Source of the DNA: an uncultured Acidobacteriota bacterium
Lineage (GTDB): Bacteria; Acidobacteriota; JAAYUB01
Assembly: GCA_964412195.1 (NCBI GenBank)
Contig: CAYPNP010000003.1
Coordinates: forward strand, 160,386-224,385
Direction: 5' to 3'
Length of the DNA stretch: 64,000 bases
The notes under the pieces: generated by a model
What the model was told of the DNA's origin: nothing
What the model saw: only the letters and a program-made list of their open reading frames with translations
Databases searched by the model: none
Made by a program: the position numbers and the translations under genes
Shown: positions 40,560 to 50,792 of the stretch, piece after piece
How positions within the stretch are numbered: position 1 is the stretch's first letter
Layout: every line of letters starts with the position of its first letter

Positions 40560-41310
40560 CCAGCCCCGCCCCTGGTACATCAAGAAGCGTTTTTACGCCG
40601 GCGTCATCCTGCTGGTGCTGGCTCTGCTGCTGGCTTTCAATTACCACACCGTAAAGCAAACCCTCCGTGACACCGGGAAAAACGTGGTCGCCTACGCCGA
40701 GCACGGGAACCCGTGGCTCGGCGGCTTGATATTGGGCTTGGTGGGTGTTGGGGACTCATCGTTCCTCTCCCTCCCGGAGGGGAACGATTTTTTAATTGTC
40801 TTTTACTCCATCCACCGCCCCGAGATGATGCCCTATTTCGTGCTGGTCAGCGCCCTCGGGTCGCTGATCGGATCGCTCATGCTGTTCTACCTGGGACGCA
40901 AGGGGGGCGGCGCATTCCTCCAGAAGCGCTTCTCCCCGGAGAGCGCGGAGCGCATCCAGACCTGGTTCCACAAGTACGGCATCTGGGCCATCCTGGTCCC
41001 CTGCATCGTGCCGCCGCCCATGCCGTTCAAGCTGTTCGTGCTCTCGGCGGGGCTGCTGCACTTCCGCTATTCCCGCTTCATCCTGGCCACCACCATCGGC
41101 CGGATCATCCGCTACGGCATCTGGGGGGTGCTGGCGGTGCTCTTCAAGGATGACATCAAGTATTTCATGCAGCACCACCTGCTGAAGGTCGGCATCGTCA
41201 TCCTGGCCGTGCTGGCGCTGGGCTGCCTGGGTGGCTACTTTTACGCCCTGCGCAAGCGGCGCAGCCAGCGCGCCGGGGCCGCCGCCCCGACTCCCGCCGC
41301 GACGGAATAA
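40552..41310 (+). CDS. DedA/YqaA (VTT-domain) family membrane protein
   Basis: VTT-like core F/YxxxR...G motifs; five or six transmembrane helices; overlaps the yhbY end by 8 nt. Confidence 0.65.
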   Translation: MIDQPRPWYIKKRFYAGVILLVLALLLAFNYHTVKQTLRDTGKNVVAYAEHGNPWLGGLILGLVGVGDSSFLSLPEGNDFLIVFYSIHRPEMMPYFVLVSALGSLIGSLMLFYLGRKGGGAFLQKRFSPESAERIQTWFHKYGIWAILVPCIVPPPMPFKLFVLSAGLLHFRYSRFILATTIGRIIRYGIWGVLAVLFKDDIKYFMQHHLLKVGIVILAVLALGCLGGYFYALRKRRSQRAGAAAPTPAATE

Positions 41311-41317
41311 TCTCAAT

Positions 41318-41490
41318 CAATTGCGGATTGCGGATTGCGGATTGAGGATTGAACCGCAAACCGCGCAAAGGATGCAAAGCGGAATTCAACGCTGATCCAC
41401 GCAGATTGATTATGATCTGATATGATCATTTAACAGGTTTGGATCATAAAGATCATAAAATATCCGCGTGAATCTGCGTTGAATGAGATC
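41318..41490 (+). mobile_element. composite MITE-like dispersed element, copy 1: GCGGATT array, CAAAG-rich segment, about 100-bp AT-rich core with terminal inverted repeats
   Basis: Core ttcaacgctgatccacgcagattgattatgat...ggatcataaagatcataaaatatccgcgtgaatctgcgttgaat is homologous over its whole length to 55441-55545 (second copy, opposite orientation). Confidence 0.75.
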
Positions 41491-41570
41491 CGGATGGAAG
41501 ATGGGGAACGGCGGGATCCGCGACCGGGTCCCGGGGGTGTTCGACGACTTTCAGGGCGGTGGCAGCGGTC

Positions 41571-42548
41571 TCAGGGGACGCAGCCGACCAGGGACAGGTT
41601 GGCGGTGGAGTTGGTGCCGCCGCCCAGGTAGCAGAGGGTGAAATTTCCGTAACCGGAATTGGGCCGGTAGAGGTACCAATCCTCCCCTGTCCCGGAACCG
41701 GCGCTCAGCCGGGAATAATCGCCAATGATCTGTTTCGACGTCGAATCGACGGTGAGATAGGCTCCCATCGCTTCCCTGGTGACCCCTGCGTTTCCTGAAT
41801 TGCACGAGGCGGTGACCCTGGAGTTTGTCAGAGTGACGACGGCAGTAGAATCCGCCGCGTCAGCCTCCATGTAGATCCCCGCCGTCGTGGTGCTGGTATC
41901 GCTCGGGGCCCACTGCTGGGTTGCCACGATCTGGGTGTTGTATAGTTTCAGGTCGACCACGCCGACGGAGAAGATTCCCGCTCCGAAAGAAACACTCTGT
42001 TCCATCCGGATGGAGCAGTCCCGCAGCTCGGAAAAGTAGCAGCCGTCGTTGTAGATCGCCGCGGAAAAATTCACCCCGCCGTGCCCATGGTTGAGTTGGA
42101 GGCTCTCGATAGCGCCGCACCAGGTTCCGCTCAGCACCACGAGGGCGCCATAGGGAGGTGCTGCCTCCCCTCCGGTACGATAGAAGACTGTGTTGGTTGG
42201 ACCGTACCCGCGCAGGGTGGTATAGCTGGGTAGCGTGATGGGCCGGGTCAGCGTGTACGAGCCGGGCGCCACGAGGATCACGAAGCGGTTGACGTTTGTT
42301 GGAAACTGGGTGGCCACCCAGTCCGCGGCGTCGGCGGGATCGGTGAAATCGCCGCCCTGCTTCGCTACCACAACGATGCTCTCCAGGTTGAATTCGGAGG
42401 CGTCGAGATTGCCGGCCAGGATGTTGGCCAGGCAGACGCTGTCGGCCGCGTTCACCGCCCGGTCGGCGTTGACGTCGGCCCGGTTGCCGGCCGCGGCCGG
42501 GCCGGCGCACAGCATGATCACCGCGATCAGGGTCATAGCGTTTTTCAT
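41571..42548 (-). CDS. secreted right-handed beta-helix-like protein with N-terminal dockerin-like Ca-binding repeat, paralog 1
   Basis: Signal peptide; ADVNADRAVNAADSVCLANILAGNLD dockerin/EF-hand-like repeat; Thr/Ser/Gly/Asn-rich beta-helix-like body. Confidence 0.55.
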   Translation of the reverse strand: MKNAMTLIAVIMLCAGPAAAGNRADVNADRAVNAADSVCLANILAGNLDASEFNLESIVVVAKQGGDFTDPADAADWVATQFPTNVNRFVILVAPGSYTLTRPITLPSYTTLRGYGPTNTVFYRTGGEAAPPYGALVVLSGTWCGAIESLQLNHGHGGVNFSAAIYNDGCYFSELRDCSIRMEQSVSFGAGIFSVGVVDLKLYNTQIVATQQWAPSDTSTTTAGIYMEADAADSTAVVTLTNSRVTASCNSGNAGVTREAMGAYLTVDSTSKQIIGDYSRLSAGSGTGEDWYLYRPNSGYGNFTLCYLGGGTNSTANLSLVGCVP

Positions 42549-42882
42549 GGCGTGCTCCTAATGAAGGCCGAAAGATAATTCCACGGGAAAAGCCAACAAC
42601 CCCGCGTGGATGAAAAAGAATAATGGCGGCAACTTGTTCTCATCGTATTCTTCTGGACCGAGGATTTCAACCGGGGAAAATCAAAGAAATTCCCGGGTGG
42701 ATCGAAGGAGGAGGAGGGGAACGAGATCCGGGCCGCCGGTCGAATGAAAAATGCCGTTCCAGTTCCGGCGGACCCGGAATATGGGCGGGCGGACTTGGGA
42801 ACGAGTGTGGAAATCTCCCTGAACGCGTTGGATCTGGAATTGATCGTAGAACCCGTCAAGCCCGCAAGTGTCTGAATTCCGA

Positions 42883-43863
42883 TCAGGGTATGTTGCACAT
42901 GATCCGCGTTATTCCTTCTTCGAAATTTGTACAGTTGAGGAGATAACAGTAAGCCAGCCAAGCAGATCCGTCCTCATCCCGATAGAGATAGAATGCATCG
43001 CTTGTGAGGCGGGCCTGGGACCAGATAAATGAATATCTGGCGAGCAGACTTTCATCGACTCCATCAACGTTTAAGACAACTCCATAGGCGTACTTGTGGA
43101 GTTCAACAGTACTGCTCATGTTATGTGTCCTGATTTCCGAGTAGAACAACCGGACTTGCGCACCATGATATGCACCCTGAGCCTCCAGATAAACGCCCGC
43201 CACCGAATTATCGAGATCCTCCGGGGCGTCACTGCCCCCGGCATAGATGTAAGATCCGTTAATATCGATGTAACTCGTTCCCAATGAGTATATTGCAGCC
43301 CCGAAAGTGACGGAGCTGGATAAGGAGACGTCGCAATTCTCGATGCGGACAGTCGAGCTCAAAACATACACGGCCGCCGTGTTGGTCGTCCCTCCGGAGT
43401 CTTTTTGCAAGCTGAGATCCTCGATCGCGCTGTCGGTGGTGCTGTTCAACACGACGATGGCTCCAAAGGGCGGGCTCGGCGCGCCCCCGGTACGGATGAT
43501 GACCGTGTTCTTTCTCCCGTATCCCCGCAAGGTGGTGTAGCTCGGAAGCCAGACGGCCCGGGTCAGCAAGTATCCGCCGGGCGCCACAAGGATAACGAAG
43601 CGATGGGTGGCGGAGGGGGACTGCGCCGCCACCCAGTCGGCGGCGTCGGCGGGATTGGTGAAGTCGCCGCCCTGGGGCGCGACGACCACGACGTTCTCGA
43701 GGTTGAACTCGGAGGCGTCGAGGTTGCCGGCCAGGATGTTGGCGAGGCAGACGCTGTCGGCGGCGTTTACGGCCCGGTCGGCGTTGACGTCGGCCCGGTT
43801 GCCCGCCGCCGCCGGGCAGACGCAGAGCGGCAGCAAGGCGAGCAGGAACAGTGCATTTTTCAT
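42883..43863 (-). CDS. secreted beta-helix-like protein with N-terminal dockerin-like repeat, paralog 2
   Basis: Same N-terminal module; about 95% nucleotide identity to paralog 1 over about 110 bp; RBS AGGAGC; the ORF-track start at 43983 is rejected. Confidence 0.55.
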   Translation of the reverse strand: MKNALFLLALLPLCVCPAAAGNRADVNADRAVNAADSVCLANILAGNLDASEFNLENVVVVAPQGGDFTNPADAADWVAAQSPSATHRFVILVAPGGYLLTRAVWLPSYTTLRGYGRKNTVIIRTGGAPSPPFGAIVVLNSTTDSAIEDLSLQKDSGGTTNTAAVYVLSSTVRIENCDVSLSSSVTFGAAIYSLGTSYIDINGSYIYAGGSDAPEDLDNSVAGVYLEAQGAYHGAQVRLFYSEIRTHNMSSTVELHKYAYGVVLNVDGVDESLLARYSFIWSQARLTSDAFYLYRDEDGSAWLAYCYLLNCTNFEEGITRIMCNIP

Positions 43864-44165
43864 AGGGTGCTCCTTGACAGCCCGATGACCCCATTGCCGG
43901 GACCGGAAGTTGCCGGACCCGCAAGAGGTGGGTAGATATGGAAAACTTGGTTCCATTGTGGCCCCGTGGAGCGGCGATTGCAACAGGGGATAATCACAGA
44001 TTCTCAGGGAGGGATCAAAGGTGGCGGGACGCGGGGGATATGATCTTCAGGAGAAATGGAAACCCGTACCGGGGCGGGCCGGCCCGGACTACGGGAAGGT
44101 TGGATTCGGTGAACCGGCGGGGCTGTTGTATAATCGAAACGTTTTGATCCTGCGCGGGATGCCGG

Positions 44166-47100
44166 ATGCCGATGGCCAAACGGACCTGGAAACGGAAACT
44201 AACTCGGTTGTTTCTCCGCCTGATGCTCTACGTGGGCCTCCCGGTGGGGCTGCTGCTGGCGTTCATCCACACCCCGCTGGTCAAGTCACTCGTCTTTGAC
44301 GCCCTCAGCCGGTACGCCCTCAAGAAGTACTCCCTCCAGCTCACGGTCCGCTCCTGGGACTACTCGCTGCTCACGGGCTGGGTGAAGGCCCGCGACCTCA
44401 CCGTGTCCACGCCGCAGGGGGCCTTTTTCTGCCGGGTGCCGGCCGTGGACTTCCGCTTCTCGACCATGCAGCTGGTCCGGGGGGAGCTGCTGCCCCAGTC
44501 CCTCCGCCTGGACGGCGTGCAGCTGGTGCTGACCCTCCCCTCGGAGGAACTCAAGCTCCAATCGGAGGACAGCGGGCCCGTCGACATCCACTTCCGCCGG
44601 ATCGCCGTGCGCCGGGGCACCCTGCGCATCAAGGACCTGGAGATCCCCCTCGATTTCGACGCCGGCCGCTTCGACTGGGTCCTGTCCCGGTCCGGCGCCG
44701 ACCCCAACTACGGCCTGGACCTGTCCCTGCGCGATGCCGTCCTCCGCCAGGGGACGGGCCGGGTCGCCATCGACCGGCTGCAGGTGACCGGCGACTGGAC
44801 GCCGTCCCACGTGCTCCTCCACGACATCCAGATGGATTCCCCGCTGCTGGCCTGGCGGGGCAGCGGCGGCGTGGCCACCACCGGCACCGGGCGCTACCAT
44901 GTGGATGGCAAGGGCCGGATTCACTTGGCACGGCTGCGCGATGTCCTGCCGGCGCTGCCGGTGGAGCTGTCCGGGGACGTGGGCGTCAGCGTGCTGCTGG
45001 CGGGCGAGGGAGGCTCGCCTCCGCTGCTTTCCGGCATGGTCCAGGGGGAAGAGGTGTACCTCAACCGGCAGCGGATCCGGAGCCTCTCAGCCAAACTGTC
45101 CATGTCCGGGCCGGATTACTCCTGCGACGACCTGCACGTGGAGGTGGACCCGGACGGCACCCTGTCCGGCCGCCTGACGGTCTCGATGGCCGAGAAAAGG
45201 GTCCGGTTCTCCGCCCAGATGATGGACTTCGCCTTGGCCGTGTTCCGGACCGGCCGGTTTTTCGATCACCCGCTCGACGGGCTGGTGGAAGGCACCGTGG
45301 AAGGGGAGGTGCCCTTCAGCGGGCCTCCCTCGGTACGCTGGGACGGCCAGATCGCCGACCTGAGGGTCCTGCTCCCCAACGGCCGCGATTACTACCGCGG
45401 GGAGTTCATCCGCGGGCGGGTGTCCCTGGAGAAGGAGACCCTGCGCTTCGAGGTGGACCAGGCCCTGGGCGAGGGAGTTCTGGTGGACGGAGCCGGCCGG
45501 GTGGCCGGCGGGGAATTGTGGCTCGACCGGCTGAACGTGCAGGTCCCCATCCAGGAGGAGGCGCGCGATCTGATCGAACGGGTCGCCCGCCTCTCCCCCG
45601 GGCTGCTGGAAAAGCTCGAGGACATGACCATCCGCGGCCAGACCGAATTCACCGGCCGCCTGCACCTGAAGGGATCGTTTCCGGAGGTCAGCGGCACCCT
45701 CTCGGTCCGGGACATCGCCCTGGCCGGCGTGGGTTGGGACGAGGTCCGGCTTCCGTTCGACCTCGACCGGAACCGGATCCAGCTCCGGGATGCCCTCCTG
45801 CGGCGGGGCCAGAGCCGGGTTGACATGGATCTGGACCTGCGCCTGGAACCGGACACCCACCTGGATGCCGTCGATGCCCGCGTGCAGGACATGGATTGGG
45901 CGAAGGTCGAAAAGACCCTGAACTTCGTGGGCGTGGACTTCGGCGACGTGCACCCCGCCCGGCTGATCAGCGCCGACATTTCCGGCCGGCTGCGGCTGGC
46001 CCTCCCGGCCGGCGGTCCGTGGGAGGGCGAGTGGGCGCTGGCCGCTGACCATCTCTACCACAAGGGCGTGGGATTCGGCCGCCTCAGCGTCGATGGCCGG
46101 CTGGACGGCAAAACCGTCCGGCTGGAGCGGGTGACGCTGCAGGGCGATCAGGGCGAAGTCACCGGCCGCGGGGAATGGGACACGGAATCGGACCGCATCG
46201 GCGGGAGCGGGGAGATCCGCCGCCTGTCGCTCGACCGGATCGACGAGACCAGGAACGCAGGGCTGCAGGGCATGTTCGAGGGCACCTATCGCCTGCAGGG
46301 CACCCTCGCCAGGCCGGATCTGCAGGTCGAGGCAAGGTCCCCCAAGATCGCCTTCCAGGGCGAGTCCTTCGGCGATCTTCAGCTGAAAGGCCGCCTGATC
46401 GGCGAAACGGTGTCCTACAACCTGCGGGCCGTCTTCCGGCGGAACCTCTATCACGCTCTCGGCACCCTGACGCTGGGCGAGCACCCGGTCCTGGAGAGCA
46501 CCCTGCTGCTGGACGGGGTGAAAATCCGGCCGTTCCTGAGGCAGTTCCACTTCCCCCTGGCCCAGGAGATCCAGGGCACGGTGAAGGGCGAGATCATCGT
46601 CGTCTATCCCTTCGACCAGCCGGAGAAACTGGAGGTGGACGCCCGGCTCCAGGAGTTCGGCCTGCAATTCCGCCACCTGGACCTGAAAAGCACCCAGACG
46701 ATCTACGTGAAAGTAGCCAACCGGCGGCTGTCGCTGGACGGGGCGACGCTGCTGCTCAACGGCGACCCCGTCTCGATCCGCGGCAGCCTGGGCGTGTTTC
46801 CCCTGAGCAAGCTCCAGGTGGACCTCCAGGGCACGATCCGGGCGGACCTCCTGGAGCCGTTTTATCCGGACCTGCACCCCGGCGGCAAGCTGATCATCCA
46901 GAGCGCCATCCAGGGCGATCCGGCCAATCCGACGCTCTCGGGCCGGGCGGAGCTGAAAGACGCCTCCCTGAAGATCCGCTCGCCGGAGCTGACCCTTAGC
47001 AAGATCAACGGCGTTTTCGAGCTGTCCAGCCGGTCGATCCGGACGGAACGGGTGACGATCGACACGCCCTACGGGCCGGCGGTGCTGTCCGGGGAATGCC

Positions 47101-48089
47101 TCCTCAGGAACCTGGAGCCCGCCCGCTGGTCGGCCAACCTGACCGCCAACCGTCTCTATATCCCCTACCCGAAAGGGTTCATTTCCCAGGTGTCGACCTC
47201 GCTCCGGTTCCAGGGGCAGAACGGCGGACGGTCTCTCCTGTCCGGGGACGTCTGGATCGACAAATCCGCCCCGGCCGCCGAGCTGGACCTGCCCGGCTTC
47301 GCCGCCATGGTCTCCAGCCTGGGGATCGGTGGGGAGGACGGCGGCGGACCAACCCTGCCGGGATTGGTCCTGAACCTCAACGTCAAGGGGGACCGGTCGA
47401 TCCTGATCGAATCCAAGGCCATGGAGATCACCGGGAGCATCGACCTCCAGATCACCGGCTCCGTCGACGAGCCGGCCATCCGCGGGTCGCTCCTGGTGAA
47501 CAGCGGCGAGCTGAAGTTCAAGGTGAACCGCTTCCAGGTGGATCGGGGGGTGGTGTCGTTCGTCAATCCCTCCCGGATCGATCCGGAGATCAACCTGCAG
47601 CTCTCCTGCAACATCAAGGATTACCAGGTGATGATCACCCTGGAGGGAGCCGTCTCGCGGCTGCGGACGCGGTTCTCCTCGATCCCGAGCCTGCCCACCG
47701 TGGACGTGGTCCGGCTGATCACCACCGGCGAGCTGCCCTCGGGGTATTCCCACACCTCGCCGGAGTACCGCACCGCCGACACCACCGGGCTGCTCAGCCA
47801 GATGCTGTCCGAGACCGTGCGGGAGCGGCTCGGGCGGGTCATCGGCGTCGACACGTTCTCCGTGGACACCTCCGGTGTGGGCGCGGAAGCCTCAGGCAAG
47901 ACCCGCGTCACGGTGGGGGAGCAGGTCTCGCGCGACCTGTTCGTGACCTACTCCAAAAGCTTCTCCAGCGAGGAGGAGGACCTGATTTTCATCGAGTACC
48001 GGCTGTCCCCGCGGGTGACCGTCATGGCGTCGCGGGACGAGAAAGGATACTTCGGCTTGGACATCCGCTTCCGCAGAAAGATCCGGTAA
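44166..48089 (+). CDS. tamB: translocation and assembly module protein TamB (DUF490 family)
   Basis: 1307 aa; N-terminal transmembrane anchor; long repetitive beta region; C-terminal DUF490-like end ...YRLSPRVTVMASRDEKGYFGLDIRFRRKIR. Confidence 0.8.
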   Translation: MPMAKRTWKRKLTRLFLRLMLYVGLPVGLLLAFIHTPLVKSLVFDALSRYALKKYSLQLTVRSWDYSLLTGWVKARDLTVSTPQGAFFCRVPAVDFRFSTMQLVRGELLPQSLRLDGVQLVLTLPSEELKLQSEDSGPVDIHFRRIAVRRGTLRIKDLEIPLDFDAGRFDWVLSRSGADPNYGLDLSLRDAVLRQGTGRVAIDRLQVTGDWTPSHVLLHDIQMDSPLLAWRGSGGVATTGTGRYHVDGKGRIHLARLRDVLPALPVELSGDVGVSVLLAGEGGSPPLLSGMVQGEEVYLNRQRIRSLSAKLSMSGPDYSCDDLHVEVDPDGTLSGRLTVSMAEKRVRFSAQMMDFALAVFRTGRFFDHPLDGLVEGTVEGEVPFSGPPSVRWDGQIADLRVLLPNGRDYYRGEFIRGRVSLEKETLRFEVDQALGEGVLVDGAGRVAGGELWLDRLNVQVPIQEEARDLIERVARLSPGLLEKLEDMTIRGQTEFTGRLHLKGSFPEVSGTLSVRDIALAGVGWDEVRLPFDLDRNRIQLRDALLRRGQSRVDMDLDLRLEPDTHLDAVDARVQDMDWAKVEKTLNFVGVDFGDVHPARLISADISGRLRLALPAGGPWEGEWALAADHLYHKGVGFGRLSVDGRLDGKTVRLERVTLQGDQGEVTGRGEWDTESDRIGGSGEIRRLSLDRIDETRNAGLQGMFEGTYRLQGTLARPDLQVEARSPKIAFQGESFGDLQLKGRLIGETVSYNLRAVFRRNLYHALGTLTLGEHPVLESTLLLDGVKIRPFLRQFHFPLAQEIQGTVKGEIIVVYPFDQPEKLEVDARLQEFGLQFRHLDLKSTQTIYVKVANRRLSLDGATLLLNGDPVSIRGSLGVFPLSKLQVDLQGTIRADLLEPFYPDLHPGGKLIIQSAIQGDPANPTLSGRAELKDASLKIRSPELTLSKINGVFELSSRSIRTERVTIDTPYGPAVLSGECLLRNLEPARWSANLTANRLYIPYPKGFISQVSTSLRFQGQNGGRSLLSGDVWIDKSAPAAELDLPGFAAMVSSLGIGGEDGGGPTLPGLVLNLNVKGDRSILIESKAMEITGSIDLQITGSVDEPAIRGSLLVNSGELKFKVNRFQVDRGVVSFVNPSRIDPEINLQLSCNIKDYQVMITLEGAVSRLRTRFSSIPSLPTVDVVRLITTGELPSGYSHTSPEYRTADTTGLLSQMLSETVRERLGRVIGVDTFSVDTSGVGAEASGKTRVTVGEQVSRDLFVTYSKSFSSEEEDLIFIEYRLSPRVTVMASRDEKGYFGLDIRFRRKIR

Positions 48090-48098
48090 GGGGGGCGC

Positions 48099-50792
48099 GT
48101 GGTTCGTGCCCGACTCGCACTCTGGCTGTTGGTCGCCGCCGGGCTGCCCGTCCTGGCGGGCGGTCCGCCGCGGGCGGGCTCGGTCCGTTTCGAGTTCACG
48201 TCGGCCGATCCGGTATACCTCGGCCGGGACGACGTGGCCCGGGTGGCCGGCATACGGCCCGGCGATCCGGTCGGCCCCGACGACCTCCAGTACGCCATCC
48301 AGAACCTTTATGCGCTGAACGTGTTCCGGTCGGTGGAAGTCTATACCGACGACGCGGCGGCGCCACAGGTGGTGTTCCGGCTGGACCCATTCCCGATGGT
48401 GGACGGCCTGCGCTGGGAGGGCGTCCGCTCGATCAAGCGGCGGGAGCTGGCCCGGACAGCCAACGTCGTGCGGCGGATGCTGCTTACCGACGACATGTCG
48501 GACAGCATCCGCGCCAAGATCGTCGACCTCTATCAGGAGCAGGGTTTCCTGGACGCGTCGGCCAGCCTGAAGCTGCAGCCGGCTCCGCAGGGATACGACC
48601 TGACGGTGGCCGTGGACGAGGGGCGGCGCTACCGCTGCCGCCGGCCCGATGCGGAAATGCTGGACGGCCAGCTGCTGCCGGAGGCCCGCGCCCTCCTCGG
48701 GCGGCTGGTCAACCGCTTTTACGCGCGGCAGGCGCTGGACAAGGCCCAGAAGGAGATCCGCAAAATATACCAGCAGAAGGACTATCCCGCGATCCGGGTA
48801 GAGTATTTCATCGACCCCGACCCGGACGCCGCGACGGTCACTCCGGTATTCCTGCTCGACGTCGGCCCCCGACTCGGGGTGCGGGTGGAGGGGCACCGCG
48901 TCGGCCGCGACGACCTGCAGAAGACGCTGGCCATCTACCGGCTGGCCGATGTCTCGCCGTTCGCGGAGGAGATCAGCCGCGACGATCTGGCCTCCTTCCT
49001 GAAGAACGAAAACGTGCCGGTGGCGGCGGTCCGCTCGACCCGCCGGGCCGCCCCCGAAGGTGCCGGAGAGGAAATCGTGTTCACCGTGGAGAAGGGAGAG
49101 CGGCGCCGGGTCCCCCTCCGGGTGGAGGGCATCGAGGCCCTGTCGCGGCGGTCTGTCCTGCGAGGGGCGGACGTCCCCGACGAGCTGGGCGGCACGGACC
49201 CCGCCGTCCTCGCTCCGGTGAAGGGCCGGATCGAGAAGTACTATCAGCAGCGCGGCTACATGGACGCGGTGGTGAACTTCCAGGTGAGCCAGAAGCACGG
49301 GCAGGATCGGATCCTGGCCCAGGTCAGCGAAGGGGCGCTCCTCCGGCTGGGCGGGGTGGCGGTGATCACCGGGGACGTGGCCATGCCGGACGGCCTGGCG
49401 GACCGGCTGGGCGCCGACCGCGGCCAGCCGTTCACGGCCGACCTGGTGGAGAAGATCCGCGCCGAGGTCTCCGACCGGTTTTCGGCCGGGGGATACCTGG
49501 TGGAGAGCATCGAGGTGCGGCAGACCCGCAGCGGCGAACAGGTCGACCTGGAGGTCACCCCCCGCCTGGGCGGGCCGTATGAGCTGGACAACGTGGTGGT
49601 GATCGGGCGGTTTTCCACCCGGCCGTCGGTGATGCGGCGCCTGATTCCGCTTCAGGGGGACCGGCCGCTGGACATGAACGGCGTATACCGCGCCGAGAGC
49701 GGGCTGTACTCCTCCGGCATCTTCGAGAACGTGTCCATCGAGGTGCCGGCCGTCTATGGCCGGGAGAACGCCCGCAACGCCGTCTTCAACCTGCGGGAGG
49801 CGCCCCGGTTCACCTTCGGCTACGGCCTGGGCTACCAGGAGTGGGAAAAGGTGCGGGGCCTCGTGGAGATCAACGACGGCAACTTCCTGGGGCGCGGCTG
49901 GAACGCCGGCCTCCTCTTCCGCCTCAGCGAGAAGAAGGCGCTGGTACAGTTGTCCTTCTTCGACGAGCAGATCCTGCTGGGGAAATACCCCTTCACCCTG
50001 TCCATCTATGCCCTCCAGGAAGATCAGATTTCGTACAAGTCGCAGCAGCTGAGCATCTTCGCCCAGACCAGCAAGCCGCTCAATCCCATCTCCACTCTGT
50101 TCTTCCGGCTGGGATTCGAGAACATCAAGAACTACGACCTGCAGGCCAGCTACGATCCTTCCGAGCTCACCCGCGAGGAGGAGCCGTTGACCCTGACCTC
50201 CTTCTCCGTCAACTATCTGCGGGACACCCGCGACAGCCTGGTGGATCCGGAGAGGGGCACCGTCGGTTCGGTCTCGGTGGCGGTGGCGCCGAACATCTTC
50301 GGGGTGAACACCGGCTTCGTCAAGTTGTTCTGCCAGGAGCAGTACTACCGCATGCTGGTGGATTCGGTCGTCCTGGCCGCGTCGTTCCGGCTGGGCTGGA
50401 TCGCTCCCTTCGGCGGGGACGATCCGGTGCCCATCAGCGAGCGGTTCTTCGCCGGCGGCTCCAACACGCTGCGCGGCTTCGCCGTGGACCGCGCCGGGCC
50501 GCTGGATCCGGAAACCCACGAGCCGCTGGGCGGCAACGCCCTGGTGATCGGCAACCTGGAGCTCCGCTTCCCGATCTACAAGGTCGTCCAGGGAGCGGTG
50601 TTCTACGACGTCGGGAATGTGTTCGTCGACTTCGCGTCGGCGCGGTGGGAGGACGTCTCCCACTCGGTGGGGGCGGGCCTGCGGCTGAAGACGCCGTTCG
50701 GCCCGATCCGCCTGGATTTCGGCTACTCGCTGAAGGATCTGCCGTACGACAAGCGGAACCAGTTCTTCATCACCATCGGGAACCCATTCTGA
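48099..50792 (+). CDS. bamA: Omp85-family outer membrane protein assembly factor BamA (POTRA repeats plus beta-barrel)
   Basis: Signal peptide; multiple POTRA-like segments; C-terminal surface-antigen barrel with GNLELRFPI and terminal aromatic residue (F). Confidence 0.85.
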   Translation: MVRARLALWLLVAAGLPVLAGGPPRAGSVRFEFTSADPVYLGRDDVARVAGIRPGDPVGPDDLQYAIQNLYALNVFRSVEVYTDDAAAPQVVFRLDPFPMVDGLRWEGVRSIKRRELARTANVVRRMLLTDDMSDSIRAKIVDLYQEQGFLDASASLKLQPAPQGYDLTVAVDEGRRYRCRRPDAEMLDGQLLPEARALLGRLVNRFYARQALDKAQKEIRKIYQQKDYPAIRVEYFIDPDPDAATVTPVFLLDVGPRLGVRVEGHRVGRDDLQKTLAIYRLADVSPFAEEISRDDLASFLKNENVPVAAVRSTRRAAPEGAGEEIVFTVEKGERRRVPLRVEGIEALSRRSVLRGADVPDELGGTDPAVLAPVKGRIEKYYQQRGYMDAVVNFQVSQKHGQDRILAQVSEGALLRLGGVAVITGDVAMPDGLADRLGADRGQPFTADLVEKIRAEVSDRFSAGGYLVESIEVRQTRSGEQVDLEVTPRLGGPYELDNVVVIGRFSTRPSVMRRLIPLQGDRPLDMNGVYRAESGLYSSGIFENVSIEVPAVYGRENARNAVFNLREAPRFTFGYGLGYQEWEKVRGLVEINDGNFLGRGWNAGLLFRLSEKKALVQLSFFDEQILLGKYPFTLSIYALQEDQISYKSQQLSIFAQTSKPLNPISTLFFRLGFENIKNYDLQASYDPSELTREEEPLTLTSFSVNYLRDTRDSLVDPERGTVGSVSVAVAPNIFGVNTGFVKLFCQEQYYRMLVDSVVLAASFRLGWIAPFGGDDPVPISERFFAGGSNTLRGFAVDRAGPLDPETHEPLGGNALVIGNLELRFPIYKVVQGAVFYDVGNVFVDFASARWEDVSHSVGAGLRLKTPFGPIRLDFGYSLKDLPYDKRNQFFITIGNPF

